Positions 39,819-50,480 of a stretch of 64,000 nucleotides of DNA are shown one piece after another. A model generated the notes under the pieces. That model was not told the DNA's origin, searched no databases, and saw only the letters and a list, made by a program, of their open reading frames with translations. A program made the translations under genes and the position numbers. Source of the DNA: an uncultured Planctomycetia bacterium (GTDB lineage: Bacteria; Omnitrophota; Gorgyraeia; Tantalellales; Tantalellaceae); the NCBI GenBank assembly GCA_964527555.1, contig CAZGOG010000003.1:4320-68319 (forward strand), given 5' to 3'. How positions within the stretch are numbered: position 1 is the first letter of the stretch; each line of letters starts with the position of its first letter.

Positions 39819-42409
39819 AACACAGGATTCTTGTTAAAACGTTAGTTACTTTTTTATTTATTTGTTTGTCTTTCGTCTCTTTAGCTTCGGAGGAGTTCTT
39901 CGATTACCAGAAGAGCGTTCTGGATAACGGCGCAACTATAGTCTCTAAGTATGTGCCGGAATCTTCGCTGGTGACGGTACGCATGCGCGTTCTCTCGGGT
40001 CTTTCCAATGAAGGCGAATATGCGGGAAGCGGCATCTCGCATTTCCTCGAGCATCTTCTTTTTAAGGGAACCAGCGATAAAGGCGCGAAAGAGATACGCC
40101 AGGAAATAAAATCGATGGGAGGCATTGTCAACGGGGCTACCGGACTTGATTCAGCGGAGTATTATATGACTGTTCCTAACGAGAATTTTACTGAAGCGTT
40201 GGACCTCCTGGTGGATATGGTTACACAGCCGGTATTCACTTCGGAGGAGTTTGAGATAGAGAGGGACGTGATACTTAAAGAGATTAAAATGCGCAGAGAT
40301 GACCCTATAACGCGACGAATGCAGCTTCTTTTCGCAGAGGCGTATCGCCAAAATGTATACAAACACCCCATAATAGGCTATGAAAAGGTCTTTAAAACCC
40401 TTGCAAAGGAAGATATCCTCGCTTACCATGCTGCGGCTTATACTCCGGATAGAATGGTCTTAGCGGTAGTCGGAGGCATAGCCGGTGATGAGGCGATCGA
40501 TGCTGCCAGAGAGAAACTTTCCGGCTTAGAGAGGGGCAGGATCTGGCAGGTAGATATAGCCTCCGAGCCGAGACAGATCAGCGAGGCGAAGTCCAGTTTC
40601 CCCGCGGATATCACTTTGGGGTACCTGGCCTTGGGGTTTCATACTACAAGTCTCTATTCGCCTGATTTATATCCTGCCGATGTTATGGATATACTTTTAG
40701 GGGGAGGGAATGATTCGCGACTCTATAAAAGGCTGGTAAAGGATAAACAGCTTCTCTATACAATATCGAGCGTGAACTACACGCCCAAATATCCGGGGCT
40801 GTTCATTATTACCGGTATCGGTGACCCCGATAAACTTGAAGAGGCCCGCAAAGAGGTATTTGCCGTTATTGAAGACCTTAAAGACGGTAATGTGCGGGAC
40901 GAGGAGATAGAGAGGGCAAAGAATATGGTGATATCGGAATATCTCCATTCGCATGAGAGGATAGACAGTATCGCCAGCACCATGACGAATTCCGAGATGC
41001 TTACGGGAGACGCCGCGTTTTTCAAGAAGTATGTGGATGAGATAAAAAAAGTCGATAAGGAAAGAGTTAAAGAATCCGCCTTGAAATACTTAAAAAGAGA
41101 TAACTCGACCACGGTTTTTCTTATGCCGCGGGATTTCGGGGAAAAAGCCGAAAAGGGCGAAAAGATGAAGACGGCCGAGGGAGAAGTAAAGGAAGCTGTG
41201 CTTGGGAACGGTCTAAAGGTGATCGTCAAAAGAAGGGAAGAACTTCCGCTTGTCTCCGTCAGTTTCGCGACCGGCGGCGGTCTCAGGGCGGAGACTGAAG
41301 AAGATAACGGTATATCCAATCTGACGGCCTCGCTTTTATTGAAGGGCACGAAAAAGCGTTCCGAAGCGGAAATAATCCCGGCTATTGAGAGGATGGGCGG
41401 TGAAATTTCCACTTTCAGCGGCATGAACTCACTGGGTCTGGCCATGGACGTACTCAGCAAGGACCTGAACGAGGCATTGGTCATTTTTGAGGATGTCCTG
41501 AGGAACGCTACATTCCCGGAAGAAGAGATCTTAAAACAGAAAAAGAGAATAATGGCCGCGATAAAAGAACAGGAGACCGATATCTTCGAGAACGGTATGA
41601 TTCATCTTCGCCGGCTTATTTACGGCGATCACCCCTATTCGATGAGGACTTCCGGTGAAGTCGAAACAGTCTCCTCCATATCCCGCAGGGATATACTGGA
41701 TTTTTTCGGGGAACGTTTTGTCCCGGAAGGTTCGGTGATAACCGTTGCCGGGGATGTGGATATAGACGAGACTATAAACACCCTCACAAAACAGTTTTCT
41801 TCCTGGCGGGGCAGACCCTCACCCCTTAAAGAGAAGGAAGTGCCGCCATTAGGGGAGAGCAGGAAAAAAGATATTTTTATGAAGAAAGAACAGGCGCTCT
41901 TTCTTGTGGGGCTGGAAGGTGTGACGGTAACTGATGAGAGGAGATTCGCGTTAGATGTCATCAGCTCTCTCCTGTCGGGATCGGACGGCCTTTTATTCTA
42001 TGCGGCGCGGGAAGAAAAAGGTCTTGCATACGCTTCAGGTGCGGCATCTATACCCGCTGTAGAGACGGGATATTTTATGCTATACGTGGCTACGACTGAA
42101 GAAAACCTTAAAGAGGCGGGAAAAACCGTTCTGGATGCTATCAGCAAACTTACCAGCGGCCAGATCGGGGAAGAGGAGATCGCTTCTTCCAGGAGGCAGC
42201 TTATTTCGCAGCATGCATATTCGCTTGAGACCAACAGCGCTTTATCGATGACCATGGCACTGGACGAGCTTTACGGACTCGGGTTTTTGGAGTATGAGGA
42301 GTATCCTGAAAAGATAAACGCTGTGACTAAAGACGATATAGTCGAATGCGCCAAAGAAGTTTTCGATATGGATAGAAGCGCGACTGTCATCGTCCACTCT
42401 GAACAATAA
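39815..42409 (+). CDS. Exported M16 (pitrilysin / PqqL-like) zinc peptidase, two modules
   Basis: Signal peptide; HFLEH (HxxEH) motif in the N-terminal module, absent from the second module. Confidence 0.9.
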   Translation: MKHRILVKTLVTFLFICLSFVSLASEEFFDYQKSVLDNGATIVSKYVPESSLVTVRMRVLSGLSNEGEYAGSGISHFLEHLLFKGTSDKGAKEIRQEIKSMGGIVNGATGLDSAEYYMTVPNENFTEALDLLVDMVTQPVFTSEEFEIERDVILKEIKMRRDDPITRRMQLLFAEAYRQNVYKHPIIGYEKVFKTLAKEDILAYHAAAYTPDRMVLAVVGGIAGDEAIDAAREKLSGLERGRIWQVDIASEPRQISEAKSSFPADITLGYLALGFHTTSLYSPDLYPADVMDILLGGGNDSRLYKRLVKDKQLLYTISSVNYTPKYPGLFIITGIGDPDKLEEARKEVFAVIEDLKDGNVRDEEIERAKNMVISEYLHSHERIDSIASTMTNSEMLTGDAAFFKKYVDEIKKVDKERVKESALKYLKRDNSTTVFLMPRDFGEKAEKGEKMKTAEGEVKEAVLGNGLKVIVKRREELPLVSVSFATGGGLRAETEEDNGISNLTASLLLKGTKKRSEAEIIPAIERMGGEISTFSGMNSLGLAMDVLSKDLNEALVIFEDVLRNATFPEEEILKQKKRIMAAIKEQETDIFENGMIHLRRLIYGDHPYSMRTSGEVETVSSISRRDILDFFGERFVPEGSVITVAGDVDIDETINTLTKQFSSWRGRPSPLKEKEVPPLGESRKKDIFMKKEQALFLVGLEGVTVTDERRFALDVISSLLSGSDGLLFYAAREEKGLAYASGAASIPAVETGYFMLYVATTEENLKEAGKTVLDAISKLTSGQIGEEEIASSRRQLISQHAYSLETNSALSMTMALDELYGLGFLEYEEYPEKINAVTKDDIVECAKEVFDMDRSATVIVHSEQ

Positions 42410-42447
42410 AATATAGCCTCAAAAAACATTCCTTTTAGAGCTATACC

Positions 42448-42476
42448 TTGACCCCGATTTACCTTTAGCTTATAAT
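42448..42476 (+). promoter_or_regulatory. Sigma70 promoter
   Basis: TTGACC-N17-TATAAT. Confidence 0.65.
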
Positions 42477-42500
42477 AATATACTATTATACAAACAGTTT

Positions 42501-42530
42501 ATGGTTCGACTCACTTCGTTCGCTCACCAT
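42501..42530. repeat. REP-like imperfect palindrome
   Basis: ATGGTtcGActcacttcgtTCGCTCACCAT; terminal ATGGT/ACCAT arms pair. Confidence 0.45.
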
Positions 42531-42559
42531 GGATCTCTGAGGAAAGATATTATGCACTT

Positions 42560-42660
42560 AGAACGAAGGAACACCACGGATGTTAATCCGTGGATGCGGA
42601 ACTATATCGACCGAAGGCCGCAAAGGGATTAAACCACGGAGTGAGTCCGGGGAAATTCAT
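42560..42660 (+). mobile_element. Putative non-autonomous IS200/IS605-like miniature element
   Basis: Hairpins CCACGGAT-gtta-ATCCGTGG and CCACGGA-gtgag-TCCGGGG, ending TTCAT; left boundary uncertain. Confidence 0.45.
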
Positions 42661-42686
42661 TTTCGGGATCAGCAGGGAGGTGAGGT

Positions 42687-43487
42687 ATGGTCAGAAATCC
42701 GGTGGTGGCGGGCCAGTTTTATCCTGCCAGTAAAACAAGCCTGATCAAGGGACTTGATCAGATGGTTCCTGATCGCACCGAGAAGATTAACGCCATAGGG
42801 GCTGTGGTGCCGCATGCGGGGTATATGTACTCCGGCGCGATTGCGGGGGAAGTCTACGCTAGATTGAAGAGCAAAAGCACTTATGTGATATTAAGTCCCA
42901 ACCATACAGGTTACGGCAAGAGGTTTGCTTCTTCCAGCGAAGTCTGGCGCACGCCTTTGGGGAACGTGAACGTTGATGAGGAACTCTTGGCAAGGATGCT
43001 TGAGGGGACCAGCCTTATTACAGACGATCCTACGGCGCACGCTTTTGAGCATTCTATTGAGGTGCAGCTTCCGTTTATACAGAAGATATCGCCGGAAGCT
43101 GAGATAGTTCCGATGACGGTTCAACATGGCGAGCTTATGGAGCTGGATGAAGTCGCCTCTAGCATTTCGAGCGCCATCAAAGAGACAGCCAGAGACGTCA
43201 CGATACTGGCTTCTAGCGACATGACGCATTACGAGTCGCGCACTTCCGCGAAAGAGAAAGACGAGCTGGCCATCGAGAGGGTCCTTGATCTTGACGCTGA
43301 GGGGCTTCTTAAGGTTGTTGAGAAGAAGAATATATCCATGTGCGGTTATATCCCCGCGGTTATAATGCTTATGTGTGCGAAGAAGATGAACGCGAAGAAA
43401 GCGATTCTGGTAAAATACGCCGATTCAGGCGATGTGACGGGGGACACTATCCAGGTGGTAGGTTATGCCGGGATAGTCGTTTATTGA
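42687..43487 (+). CDS. amrB: AmmeMemoRadiSam system protein B (MEMO1 family)
   Basis: VAGQFYP, PHAGYMYSG, EHSIEVQLPF, ASSDMTHY, SMCG, VVGYAG. Confidence 0.93.
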   Translation: MVRNPVVAGQFYPASKTSLIKGLDQMVPDRTEKINAIGAVVPHAGYMYSGAIAGEVYARLKSKSTYVILSPNHTGYGKRFASSSEVWRTPLGNVNVDEELLARMLEGTSLITDDPTAHAFEHSIEVQLPFIQKISPEAEIVPMTVQHGELMELDEVASSISSAIKETARDVTILASSDMTHYESRTSAKEKDELAIERVLDLDAEGLLKVVEKKNISMCGYIPAVIMLMCAKKMNAKKAILVKYADSGDVTGDTIQVVGYAGIVVY

Positions 43488-43488
43488 T

Positions 43489-44286
43489 ATGAGAATATTC
43501 GGAAGACGCAAAGTGATCCTGGCCCTGGGCGGCGGGGCCGCCAGAGGGTTGTCCAATATCGGAGTGCTTAAGGTGCTGGAGAGGCATTTCGGGCGGGATG
43601 AGATGCCCTTTGATATGATCATAGGTACCAGTATCGGCAGTCTGATAGGGGCTGCCTACTCTCTTGGCGTGCCGCTTGATGAGATGGAGCGTAAAGCCCT
43701 TAAGTTTAACTGGCCCAACATCGCGGACGTCGGTCTCTACGCGACGGGACTGCTTAAGGGGGACAGATTAGAGGAGATCATTAGAGACATAATCGGCCAC
43801 CATTCCTTCAGCCAGATGAAAGTTCCGTTCGCTTTGACGACCACCGATATAGAAACCGGAGAAGAACTTATTCATACTTCCGGAGACTTGATAAAACTGA
43901 TCCGCGCCAGCTGCTCGTGGCCCGGCGTCTTCACTGCCGTCCCCATTGAGGGGCGGCTGCTTGCTGACGGGGGTGTACGCAACAGTATACCGACCAAGGC
44001 CGCGCATAAGTTCGACGCTACTTTCATTATCGCCGTAAATCCCGGATTCTCCGTTAAAAAGCAGAAGATCAATAATGTCGTTAATGCCATGGTCCAGGCA
44101 GTGCAGATCATGGGCGAGGAGCTTAACACATATCAGTCAAAAGCCGCGGATATTACCATAAAGGCAGAACTTAAAGATATCGATCAGTTTGACTTTCATA
44201 AAGCGGCGGTAATAATTAAAGAGGGGGAACGTGCAGCCGAGGACAATGTAAAGTCTCTGAAAAGGAATCTGAGGTGGAGATTTTAA
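43489..44286 (+). CDS. Patatin-like phospholipase (NTE/RssA-like)
   Basis: GGGAARG, GTSIG nucleophile motif, DGG. Confidence 0.9.
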   Translation: MRIFGRRKVILALGGGAARGLSNIGVLKVLERHFGRDEMPFDMIIGTSIGSLIGAAYSLGVPLDEMERKALKFNWPNIADVGLYATGLLKGDRLEEIIRDIIGHHSFSQMKVPFALTTTDIETGEELIHTSGDLIKLIRASCSWPGVFTAVPIEGRLLADGGVRNSIPTKAAHKFDATFIIAVNPGFSVKKQKINNVVNAMVQAVQIMGEELNTYQSKAADITIKAELKDIDQFDFHKAAVIIKEGERAAEDNVKSLKRNLRWRF

Positions 44287-44308
44287 AGGCCTCGCCAGGA
44301 AAGCGTGC

Positions 44309-45289
44309 ATGAAAAATAAAGTAAGTACGATTATACGCCTAGTTGTCAGTTTCGGTCTTTTGGGACTCTTATTCTGGCTGATGAGGCGCGAGGTGCACAG
44401 CATCTGGCGGATACTCCTGGATAGCGACCTAAGGTTTTTAGCGATTGCATTTTTCACCTTTTTGATCAATCTTTCTTTTCTTGCCTGGCGCCTGAAGATC
44501 ATTTTTCTCGGAGAGGACCTTGATCTTACTTTCATGGGGGCCTTGCAGTTAACATTTATAGGTTACTTTTTCAATAATTTCATGCCGACCGCCGTAGGCG
44601 GTGACATAATCAAGGCGCATTATGCCGCAAATATCAACAAGCAGAGGGTCAAGTCATACGCAAGTGTCCTTATGGACCGATTTATCGGTCTTTACTCGTT
44701 TGTGGTGATCGCAGCTGTTGCGCTTATTGTCGATCAAGGCAGGTTCGGGATAGAGGCTGTCAGGTTTATTGTGTTTTTCCTTCTCGTTTTTGGGTTTGTA
44801 GGGGCAGTGATCGCTACGAACAAAAGAATCGCTAACTTTATGGGGGGCGTCTTTACGCGGCTTAAGATGTTTCGTTTGGGGGAGAAGTTAAATTCGGTAT
44901 ATCAGATCGTACACGATTACCGCAACAGGCCCGGGGTGGTCGTAAAATCATTTTTAATGAGTATAGGCGCCCAGTCTTTTTACTTTCTCATCATTTATCT
45001 TTTTTTCCGTTCGCTGGGCACTAATATGAATATCGGGAACATCTTTCTTATAATGCCGGTGGTTACGGTTATCAGCATGGTGCCTTCAGTGGGGGGTCTC
45101 GGCGTCAGGGAAGGGGCTATGGTCGCGTTTTTCGCGCCGCTGGCCGGGCGGGAAACAGCGTTTGCGGTGAGCCTCCTGCTTTTACTCGGTCTTTTTTTAA
45201 TAAGCTTTGTAGGAGGAGTCATATATCTGGGGTGGGGGTTTTCAAAGGAACGTGCAGGCGGCGCGGAAGAAGAGGAAGCTGCAGCTTAA
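44309..45289 (+). CDS. Lysylphosphatidylglycerol synthase TM-domain (flippase-like) protein
   Basis: FFNNFMPTAVGGD, DRFIG, PSVGGLGVREG; multiple TM segments. Confidence 0.87.
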   Translation: MKNKVSTIIRLVVSFGLLGLLFWLMRREVHSIWRILLDSDLRFLAIAFFTFLINLSFLAWRLKIIFLGEDLDLTFMGALQLTFIGYFFNNFMPTAVGGDIIKAHYAANINKQRVKSYASVLMDRFIGLYSFVVIAAVALIVDQGRFGIEAVRFIVFFLLVFGFVGAVIATNKRIANFMGGVFTRLKMFRLGEKLNSVYQIVHDYRNRPGVVVKSFLMSIGAQSFYFLIIYLFFRSLGTNMNIGNIFLIMPVVTVISMVPSVGGLGVREGAMVAFFAPLAGRETAFAVSLLLLLGLFLISFVGGVIYLGWGFSKERAGGAEEEEAAA

Positions 45290-45318
45290 AGCTGATATAG
45301 TTTAAAGAGGGAGGAGTC

Positions 45319-45753
45319 ATGAAGAGGATACTTGTGATCCACGGACCGAATCTGGATCTATTAGGCAAGAGAGAGAAGGATATTTACGGGAATGAGACTA
45401 TTGACACCATAAATAGCGCGATTACCAAAGCGGCGGGCGATGCGAAAGTGCAAGTCGAGTTTTACCAGTCCAATCACGAAGGGGATATTGTCGATAAGAT
45501 AAATGCGACAGATGCCTCGGGTATACTTATAAACCCGGCCGCGTATACTCACACAAGTGTCGCCATACACGATGCCTTGAGGGCAAAAGAGATCCCTTCA
45601 GTCGAAGTCCATCTTTCAAACATCTATGCCAGAGAGGAGTTCCGGCACAAGTCCCTTATCGCGCCGGTTGTTACGGGCCAGATAAGCGGTTTCGGGAAAA
45701 CCAGTTACGTCCTCGGGCTTAAAGCCTTGGTGGAGATAATCAATGCCCAGTGA
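45319..45753 (+). CDS. aroQ: Type II 3-dehydroquinate dehydratase
   Basis: [35 protein letters not shown]. Confidence 0.97.
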   Translation: MKRILVIHGPNLDLLGKREKDIYGNETIDTINSAITKAAGDAKVQVEFYQSNHEGDIVDKINATDASGILINPAAYTHTSVAIHDALRAKEIPSVEVHLSNIYAREEFRHKSLIAPVVTGQISGFGKTSYVLGLKALVEIINAQ

Positions 45754-46831
45754 CTTCAAGCATAAAGAAACTGCCATTAAAAGGATAAAGTCTAAACTCC
45801 CCCGGTTGGGTATAGACGCTCTTGCAGTAAGCGCTCAGAGTAATATCGAGTATCTTACGCCGCTTTACGCGGGGGGAGCGCTTCTTCTTATCGCAAGAAA
45901 GGGGCCGCCTCTTTATTTCGTGGACTCGATGAATAAAACTCTTGCGGAAAGAGAGCTTGCGGGAAGTCGCCTGATCGTTCTGGCTTGCGCCGGACCGGTT
46001 TTAGAGTCTTTTGCGGAGTGTATCAAAGATAAAAACATAAAGAAGCTGGGGTTTAACGGGGAGGACTTTTCACTGGCAGGATACAAGAGACTCTCATCGC
46101 TTATCCCGAAGGTAAAACTTATAGATAAGTCTCGAGGCGTTCAGATCTCCTCGGTTTTAAAAGACTTAAGAAGCATCAAGCACCCGGATGAGGTTAAACT
46201 CATCCGTACGATAGCCAGAGAGACGGTACGCCTCTGGCGTCGGGTGAAAAAGAGCATCAGGACGGGTATGAGCGAAAAAGAGATCGCCTCTGTCATCGAT
46301 ATGCATATATACCGGAAGGGCTATGAAAGATCTTTCCCCACGATCGTCGCTATTGGCAAGAATTCCGCGTATCCGCATGCCACACCTGGCGGCAGGCGTC
46401 TAAAGGGAGGGGAACACGTGCTTGTGGATTTCGGAATGCGGCAGGAAGGGTATTGTTCGGACTTGACAAGAATATACTACAAAGGTAGAATAAACCGAAA
46501 AATTGGCCGGTTCCATGAATGCGTACGTAAGGCCCGTGATTTTGCCATAAAAAGCATCGCCCCGGGCGTAAAAATCAGTTCCGTGGCCGAAGGCGTGAAT
46601 AATATTTTTATAAATAATAAGTTCCAGGATTATATCCTTCACGGGCTGGGTCATGGAGTGGGTTTGGATATTCATGAGGAGCCTTCCCTCAGCCAAAAAT
46701 GTCATGACAAGTTCCGCGAAGGCATGGTCATAACGGTCGAGCCGGGACTGTACAAACCGGGTCTGGGGGGTATACGTATAGAGGACATGGTTTTAGTCAC
46801 CAGTAAGGGATGTGAGGTGTTAACGGTATGA
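45743..46831 (+). CDS. Xaa-Pro aminopeptidase (M24B)
   Basis: [38 protein letters not shown]. Confidence 0.92.
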   Translation: MPSDFKHKETAIKRIKSKLPRLGIDALAVSAQSNIEYLTPLYAGGALLLIARKGPPLYFVDSMNKTLAERELAGSRLIVLACAGPVLESFAECIKDKNIKKLGFNGEDFSLAGYKRLSSLIPKVKLIDKSRGVQISSVLKDLRSIKHPDEVKLIRTIARETVRLWRRVKKSIRTGMSEKEIASVIDMHIYRKGYERSFPTIVAIGKNSAYPHATPGGRRLKGGEHVLVDFGMRQEGYCSDLTRIYYKGRINRKIGRFHECVRKARDFAIKSIAPGVKISSVAEGVNNIFINNKFQDYILHGLGHGVGLDIHEEPSLSQKCHDKFREGMVITVEPGLYKPGLGGIRIEDMVLVTSKGCEVLTV

Positions 46832-47385
46832 TACGAGCGGGACAGTTAAGACAGGGCAGCGTTATAAAATATAATGGCCAGCTTAGTGAAGTTTTGGAAG
46901 CCCGGCACCATAAACCCGGTAAAGGCGGAGCCTTCATCCGCGCGAAACTCAGGAACCTTTCGAGCGGGGCTATAATCTCAGAGACACTCAGGCCCGAGGA
47001 TAACTTTGAAGAGGCATACACCGAGCATCGAGAGATGCAGTACCTCTACAAGGACGATCACGGTTATTGTTTCATGGATGAAGCCACCTACGAGCAGATA
47101 TATCTTTCCGAAGACAAAATAGGCGATAAGATAGATTACCTGAAGGAGAACATGACTGTAACGGCAAAGATCTGCGACGGGAAGCTCTTTGCGGTAGAGC
47201 CTCCGATACATGTTATTCTTAGGGTGGCGGAGACTGAACCCGGGCATAAGGGAGACACCGTTTCGGGGGCGACAAAGCCGGCGACGCTTGAGACCGGAAA
47301 GGTCATAAAAGTTCCTTTATTCGTGCAAACGGGTCAGCTGGTTAAGGTTGATACACGTACGGGTGAATATATAGAACGCGCGTAA
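46828..47385 (+). CDS. efp: Elongation factor P
   Basis: [30 protein letters not shown]. Confidence 0.97.
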   Translation: MIRAGQLRQGSVIKYNGQLSEVLEARHHKPGKGGAFIRAKLRNLSSGAIISETLRPEDNFEEAYTEHREMQYLYKDDHGYCFMDEATYEQIYLSEDKIGDKIDYLKENMTVTAKICDGKLFAVEPPIHVILRVAETEPGHKGDTVSGATKPATLETGKVIKVPLFVQTGQLVKVDTRTGEYIERA

Positions 47386-47407
47386 ATGAGTATGCGATAA
47401 GAGGGGG

Positions 47408-47857
47408 ATGGTAATGAATATTAAAAAACTAAAAGAACTTGTCGAACTTATGAACGACAATAACCTGACTGAGATCGAGGTTGACGAGGAGGGCATGAAA
47501 GTCAAACTCGTTAAAGGCTTGCACGGGACCATCGAACAGGTGGTTATGCCCGCGGCGAGACAAGCTCCGTCTCTGGCCGCCGAAGCGCCGCCTCAAGCTC
47601 AACCGGAGAGAAAAAACCTCAAAGAGGTCAAGGCGCCTATGGTGGGCACTTTTTATAGGTCCCCGTCTCCCGATGCCAAGGCTTACGTGGAGGTGGGAGA
47701 TGTTGTCCAGACGGGGGACGTCCTTTGTATAGTCGAGGCCATGAAACTGATGAACGAGGTCAAGGCGGAATTTGGCGGCAAGATAGTGGAAATAATGGTT
47801 GAAAACGCCGACCCCGTCGAATACGGCCAGGTCATATTTCTTGTGGAACCTGTATAA
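47408..47857 (+). CDS. accB: Acetyl-CoA carboxylase biotin carboxyl carrier protein
   Basis: PMVGTFYR, EAMKLMNE biotin-lysine motif. Confidence 0.97.
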   Translation: MVMNIKKLKELVELMNDNNLTEIEVDEEGMKVKLVKGLHGTIEQVVMPAARQAPSLAAEAPPQAQPERKNLKEVKAPMVGTFYRSPSPDAKAYVEVGDVVQTGDVLCIVEAMKLMNEVKAEFGGKIVEIMVENADPVEYGQVIFLVEPV

Positions 47858-47884
47858 TTTCATTAACTTTGCTTTTTAAATCCT

Positions 47885-49237
47885 ATGTTTTCCAGAATTC
47901 TAATAGCTAATCGCGGCGAGATCGCCCTTCGCATCATACGTGCCTGCAAAGAACTGGGGATAAAGACGGTTGCGGTTTATTCCGAGGCTGATGTAAATTC
48001 ACTTCATGTAAGGCTTGCCGACGAGGCGGTATGTATAGGCAAGGCTTCACCGGCATCCAGTTATCTTAATATACCCAGTATTATAAGCGCAGCGGAGATC
48101 ACCGATGTTGAAGCCATACATCCGGGTTACGGATTTTTAGCCGAGAACGCCCATTTTGCCGAGATTTGTGAATCCTGCCGCATAAAGTTCATCGGTCCCT
48201 CGCCTGAGAATATGAGACTTATGGGTGACAAGATGGCTGCCAAGGATACCATGAAAAAGGCGGGCATCCCAGTTATCCCGGGCTCAGATAGCGTCCTTAA
48301 GACAAAGGAAGAGGCGCTTAAAGAATCCAAAAGGATCGGATACCCCATTATTATCAAGGCATCGGCAGGCGGAGGCGGCAAAGGGATGAGGATATGCCGT
48401 AACGATGTCAGGCTCATCAGCGCCTTTTTGACCGCCCAGGGCGAAGCGGAGGCTGCTTTTGGCAACTCTGATGTTTATATGGAAAAATATATCGGAGAAC
48501 CCAGGCATATAGAATTCCAGATACTTGCGGATGAAAAGGGGAATGTCGTCCATCTGGGTGAAAGGGACTGTACCATCCAGAGGCGTCACCAGAAATTGAT
48601 CGAGGAATCCCCGTCGATTTCACTGAATGCGAAACTGCGCAAGAAGATGGGCGAGTGTGCCGTTGCGGGCGCTAAGGCGGTTAATTACATGGGTGCCGGC
48701 ACGATCGAGTTTTTACTGGACGGGGACAATTTTTATTTCATGGAGATGAATACCCGTATTCAGGTGGAACATCCCGTCACCGAGATGGTTACCGGGGTGG
48801 ATCTGATCAAAGAACAGATAAAAGTGGCCGCGGGAGGAAAACTTCCCTTCAAGCAGGAAGACATAAAGGTCAAGGGCGCCGCTATAGAATGCCGGATAAA
48901 CGCGGAAGATCCGGAACATGATTTCCGGCCTTCACCGGGGAAGATATCGGCGCTGACTATACCGGGAGGCCCGGGTGTAAGGGTCGACAGCCACATCTAT
49001 GCGGGATATGAGATACCGCCCTTCTATGATTCTATGATAGCCAAACTTATTACATACGGACATAACCGCAAGGAAGCCATAAAGACCATGCAGAGGGCCC
49101 TGGATGAGTTCGTGATAGAACCGGTGAAGACCACGATTGATTTCCATAAAAAGATTTTAGTTGATTCGAGTTTCCAGAAAGGGGATATATCGACTCATTT
49201 TATCGAACAGTTCTTCCCTAAAAAGGAAGAAAAATAA
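47885..49237 (+). CDS. accC: Biotin carboxylase
   Basis: [34 protein letters not shown]. Confidence 0.98.
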   Translation: MFSRILIANRGEIALRIIRACKELGIKTVAVYSEADVNSLHVRLADEAVCIGKASPASSYLNIPSIISAAEITDVEAIHPGYGFLAENAHFAEICESCRIKFIGPSPENMRLMGDKMAAKDTMKKAGIPVIPGSDSVLKTKEEALKESKRIGYPIIIKASAGGGGKGMRICRNDVRLISAFLTAQGEAEAAFGNSDVYMEKYIGEPRHIEFQILADEKGNVVHLGERDCTIQRRHQKLIEESPSISLNAKLRKKMGECAVAGAKAVNYMGAGTIEFLLDGDNFYFMEMNTRIQVEHPVTEMVTGVDLIKEQIKVAAGGKLPFKQEDIKVKGAAIECRINAEDPEHDFRPSPGKISALTIPGGPGVRVDSHIYAGYEIPPFYDSMIAKLITYGHNRKEAIKTMQRALDEFVIEPVKTTIDFHKKILVDSSFQKGDISTHFIEQFFPKKEEK

Positions 49238-49276
49238 CTTAAACGCAGTTACTTGTTAATACGAAAAGGGGGAGAT

Positions 49277-49873
49277 ATGAATTTTTTTAAAAGGATTGGA
49301 ATGGTAATCTTTATGCTGCTTATGCTGGCGGTCGGGGTTTTCCTGATACTTATTTCCCTTAATGCGATCTCCCCGCAGCGGCTGGCGGATATGGCCGGTG
49401 TGGTCAATGAGAACATCGCCTGGCAGGCGAGTCTTGGTGCGATCGGCGCTCTTTTAGTTCTGATCGGCATACTCGCGCCGTACCGTCTGGAGAAAAAACT
49501 GAAGAGAAGCAAGATCATCGCTTTTCAGAACCCTGACGGGGAAGTGACTGTCTCTCTTTCCGCTATTGAAGAATACGTCTTAAGAGTCGCAAGAGGCGTT
49601 CACGGCATAAAGGATATCCGGGCAAGCGTCAGCGCCAACAAAAAAGGCATAAATATCGTGGCTAATGTCTCGGTCTCCGCGGGATCGAATATACCCGAGA
49701 TGACGGAGGCGATACAGTCCGAGGTGAAAAACAAAGTGCATGGGATGCTCGGTGTGGAAGAGAAGATAAATATGACTATGCACATCAAAAAGATAACAGG
49801 AAGCGCTGCAGGGGGGCATGCGGGCGGGGAAGCGGAGGAGATTGAACGCGTTCCGTACCGGGAGATGGAATAA
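49277..49873 (+). CDS. amaP: AmaP / Asp23-like alkaline shock membrane anchor protein
   Basis: Two N-terminal TM helices, then GEVTVSLSAIE...NIPEMTEAIQSEVK; follows accC. Confidence 0.72.
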   Translation: MNFFKRIGMVIFMLLMLAVGVFLILISLNAISPQRLADMAGVVNENIAWQASLGAIGALLVLIGILAPYRLEKKLKRSKIIAFQNPDGEVTVSLSAIEEYVLRVARGVHGIKDIRASVSANKKGINIVANVSVSAGSNIPEMTEAIQSEVKNKVHGMLGVEEKINMTMHIKKITGSAAGGHAGGEAEEIERVPYREME

Positions 49874-49898
49874 CGCCCCTAAAAGGGAGAAAAGCATT

Positions 49899-50480
49899 AT
49901 GGACAATAAAGACTTGATAAAAAGTATTTTCAAGGAAAGCTCCGGGGTGAAAGAAGAGTTCCTGTCCGATGAAGCGAATATATCTAAAATCGCAAAGGCG
50001 GCGGAAACTTTAATCGAATGCTACAAGAAGGGCGGTAAAGTCATCGTCTTCGGCAACGGCGGCAGCGCTGCGGACAGTCAGCATTTAGCGGCTGAACTTT
50101 TAGTGAAATTCGAAAAGGAAAGACCGCCCATGGCGGCCATTGCGCTCGTCACCGACACCTCCGTCTTAACGGCGACGTCTAACGATTATGATTTCAGCGA
50201 AGTGTTCAGCCGGCAGGTGGAAGCTTTGGCAGGGGTCTCTGATGTGGCGGTTGCCATATCCACAAGCGGTAATTCTCCAAATGTCCTTGAAGGCGCAAAA
50301 AAAGCGCGCATGAAGAAGATCCCCGTTATTGCCTTAACGGGCCGTTCCGGGGGTCAACTTGCCGGCGAAGCGGATATTTCCATCATTGTTAAAAGCGATA
50401 ATACCGCACGTATCCAGGAAGTCCATGCCGTTATTATCCACTCCATATGCAAAATAGTCGAGGATGCTTTTACGGGATGA
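49899..50480 (+). CDS. gmhA: Phosphoheptose isomerase
   Basis: GNGGSAADSQHLAAE, ISTSGNS, TARIQEVH. Confidence 0.96.
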   Translation: MDNKDLIKSIFKESSGVKEEFLSDEANISKIAKAAETLIECYKKGGKVIVFGNGGSAADSQHLAAELLVKFEKERPPMAAIALVTDTSVLTATSNDYDFSEVFSRQVEALAGVSDVAVAISTSGNSPNVLEGAKKARMKKIPVIALTGRSGGQLAGEADISIIVKSDNTARIQEVHAVIIHSICKIVEDAFTG

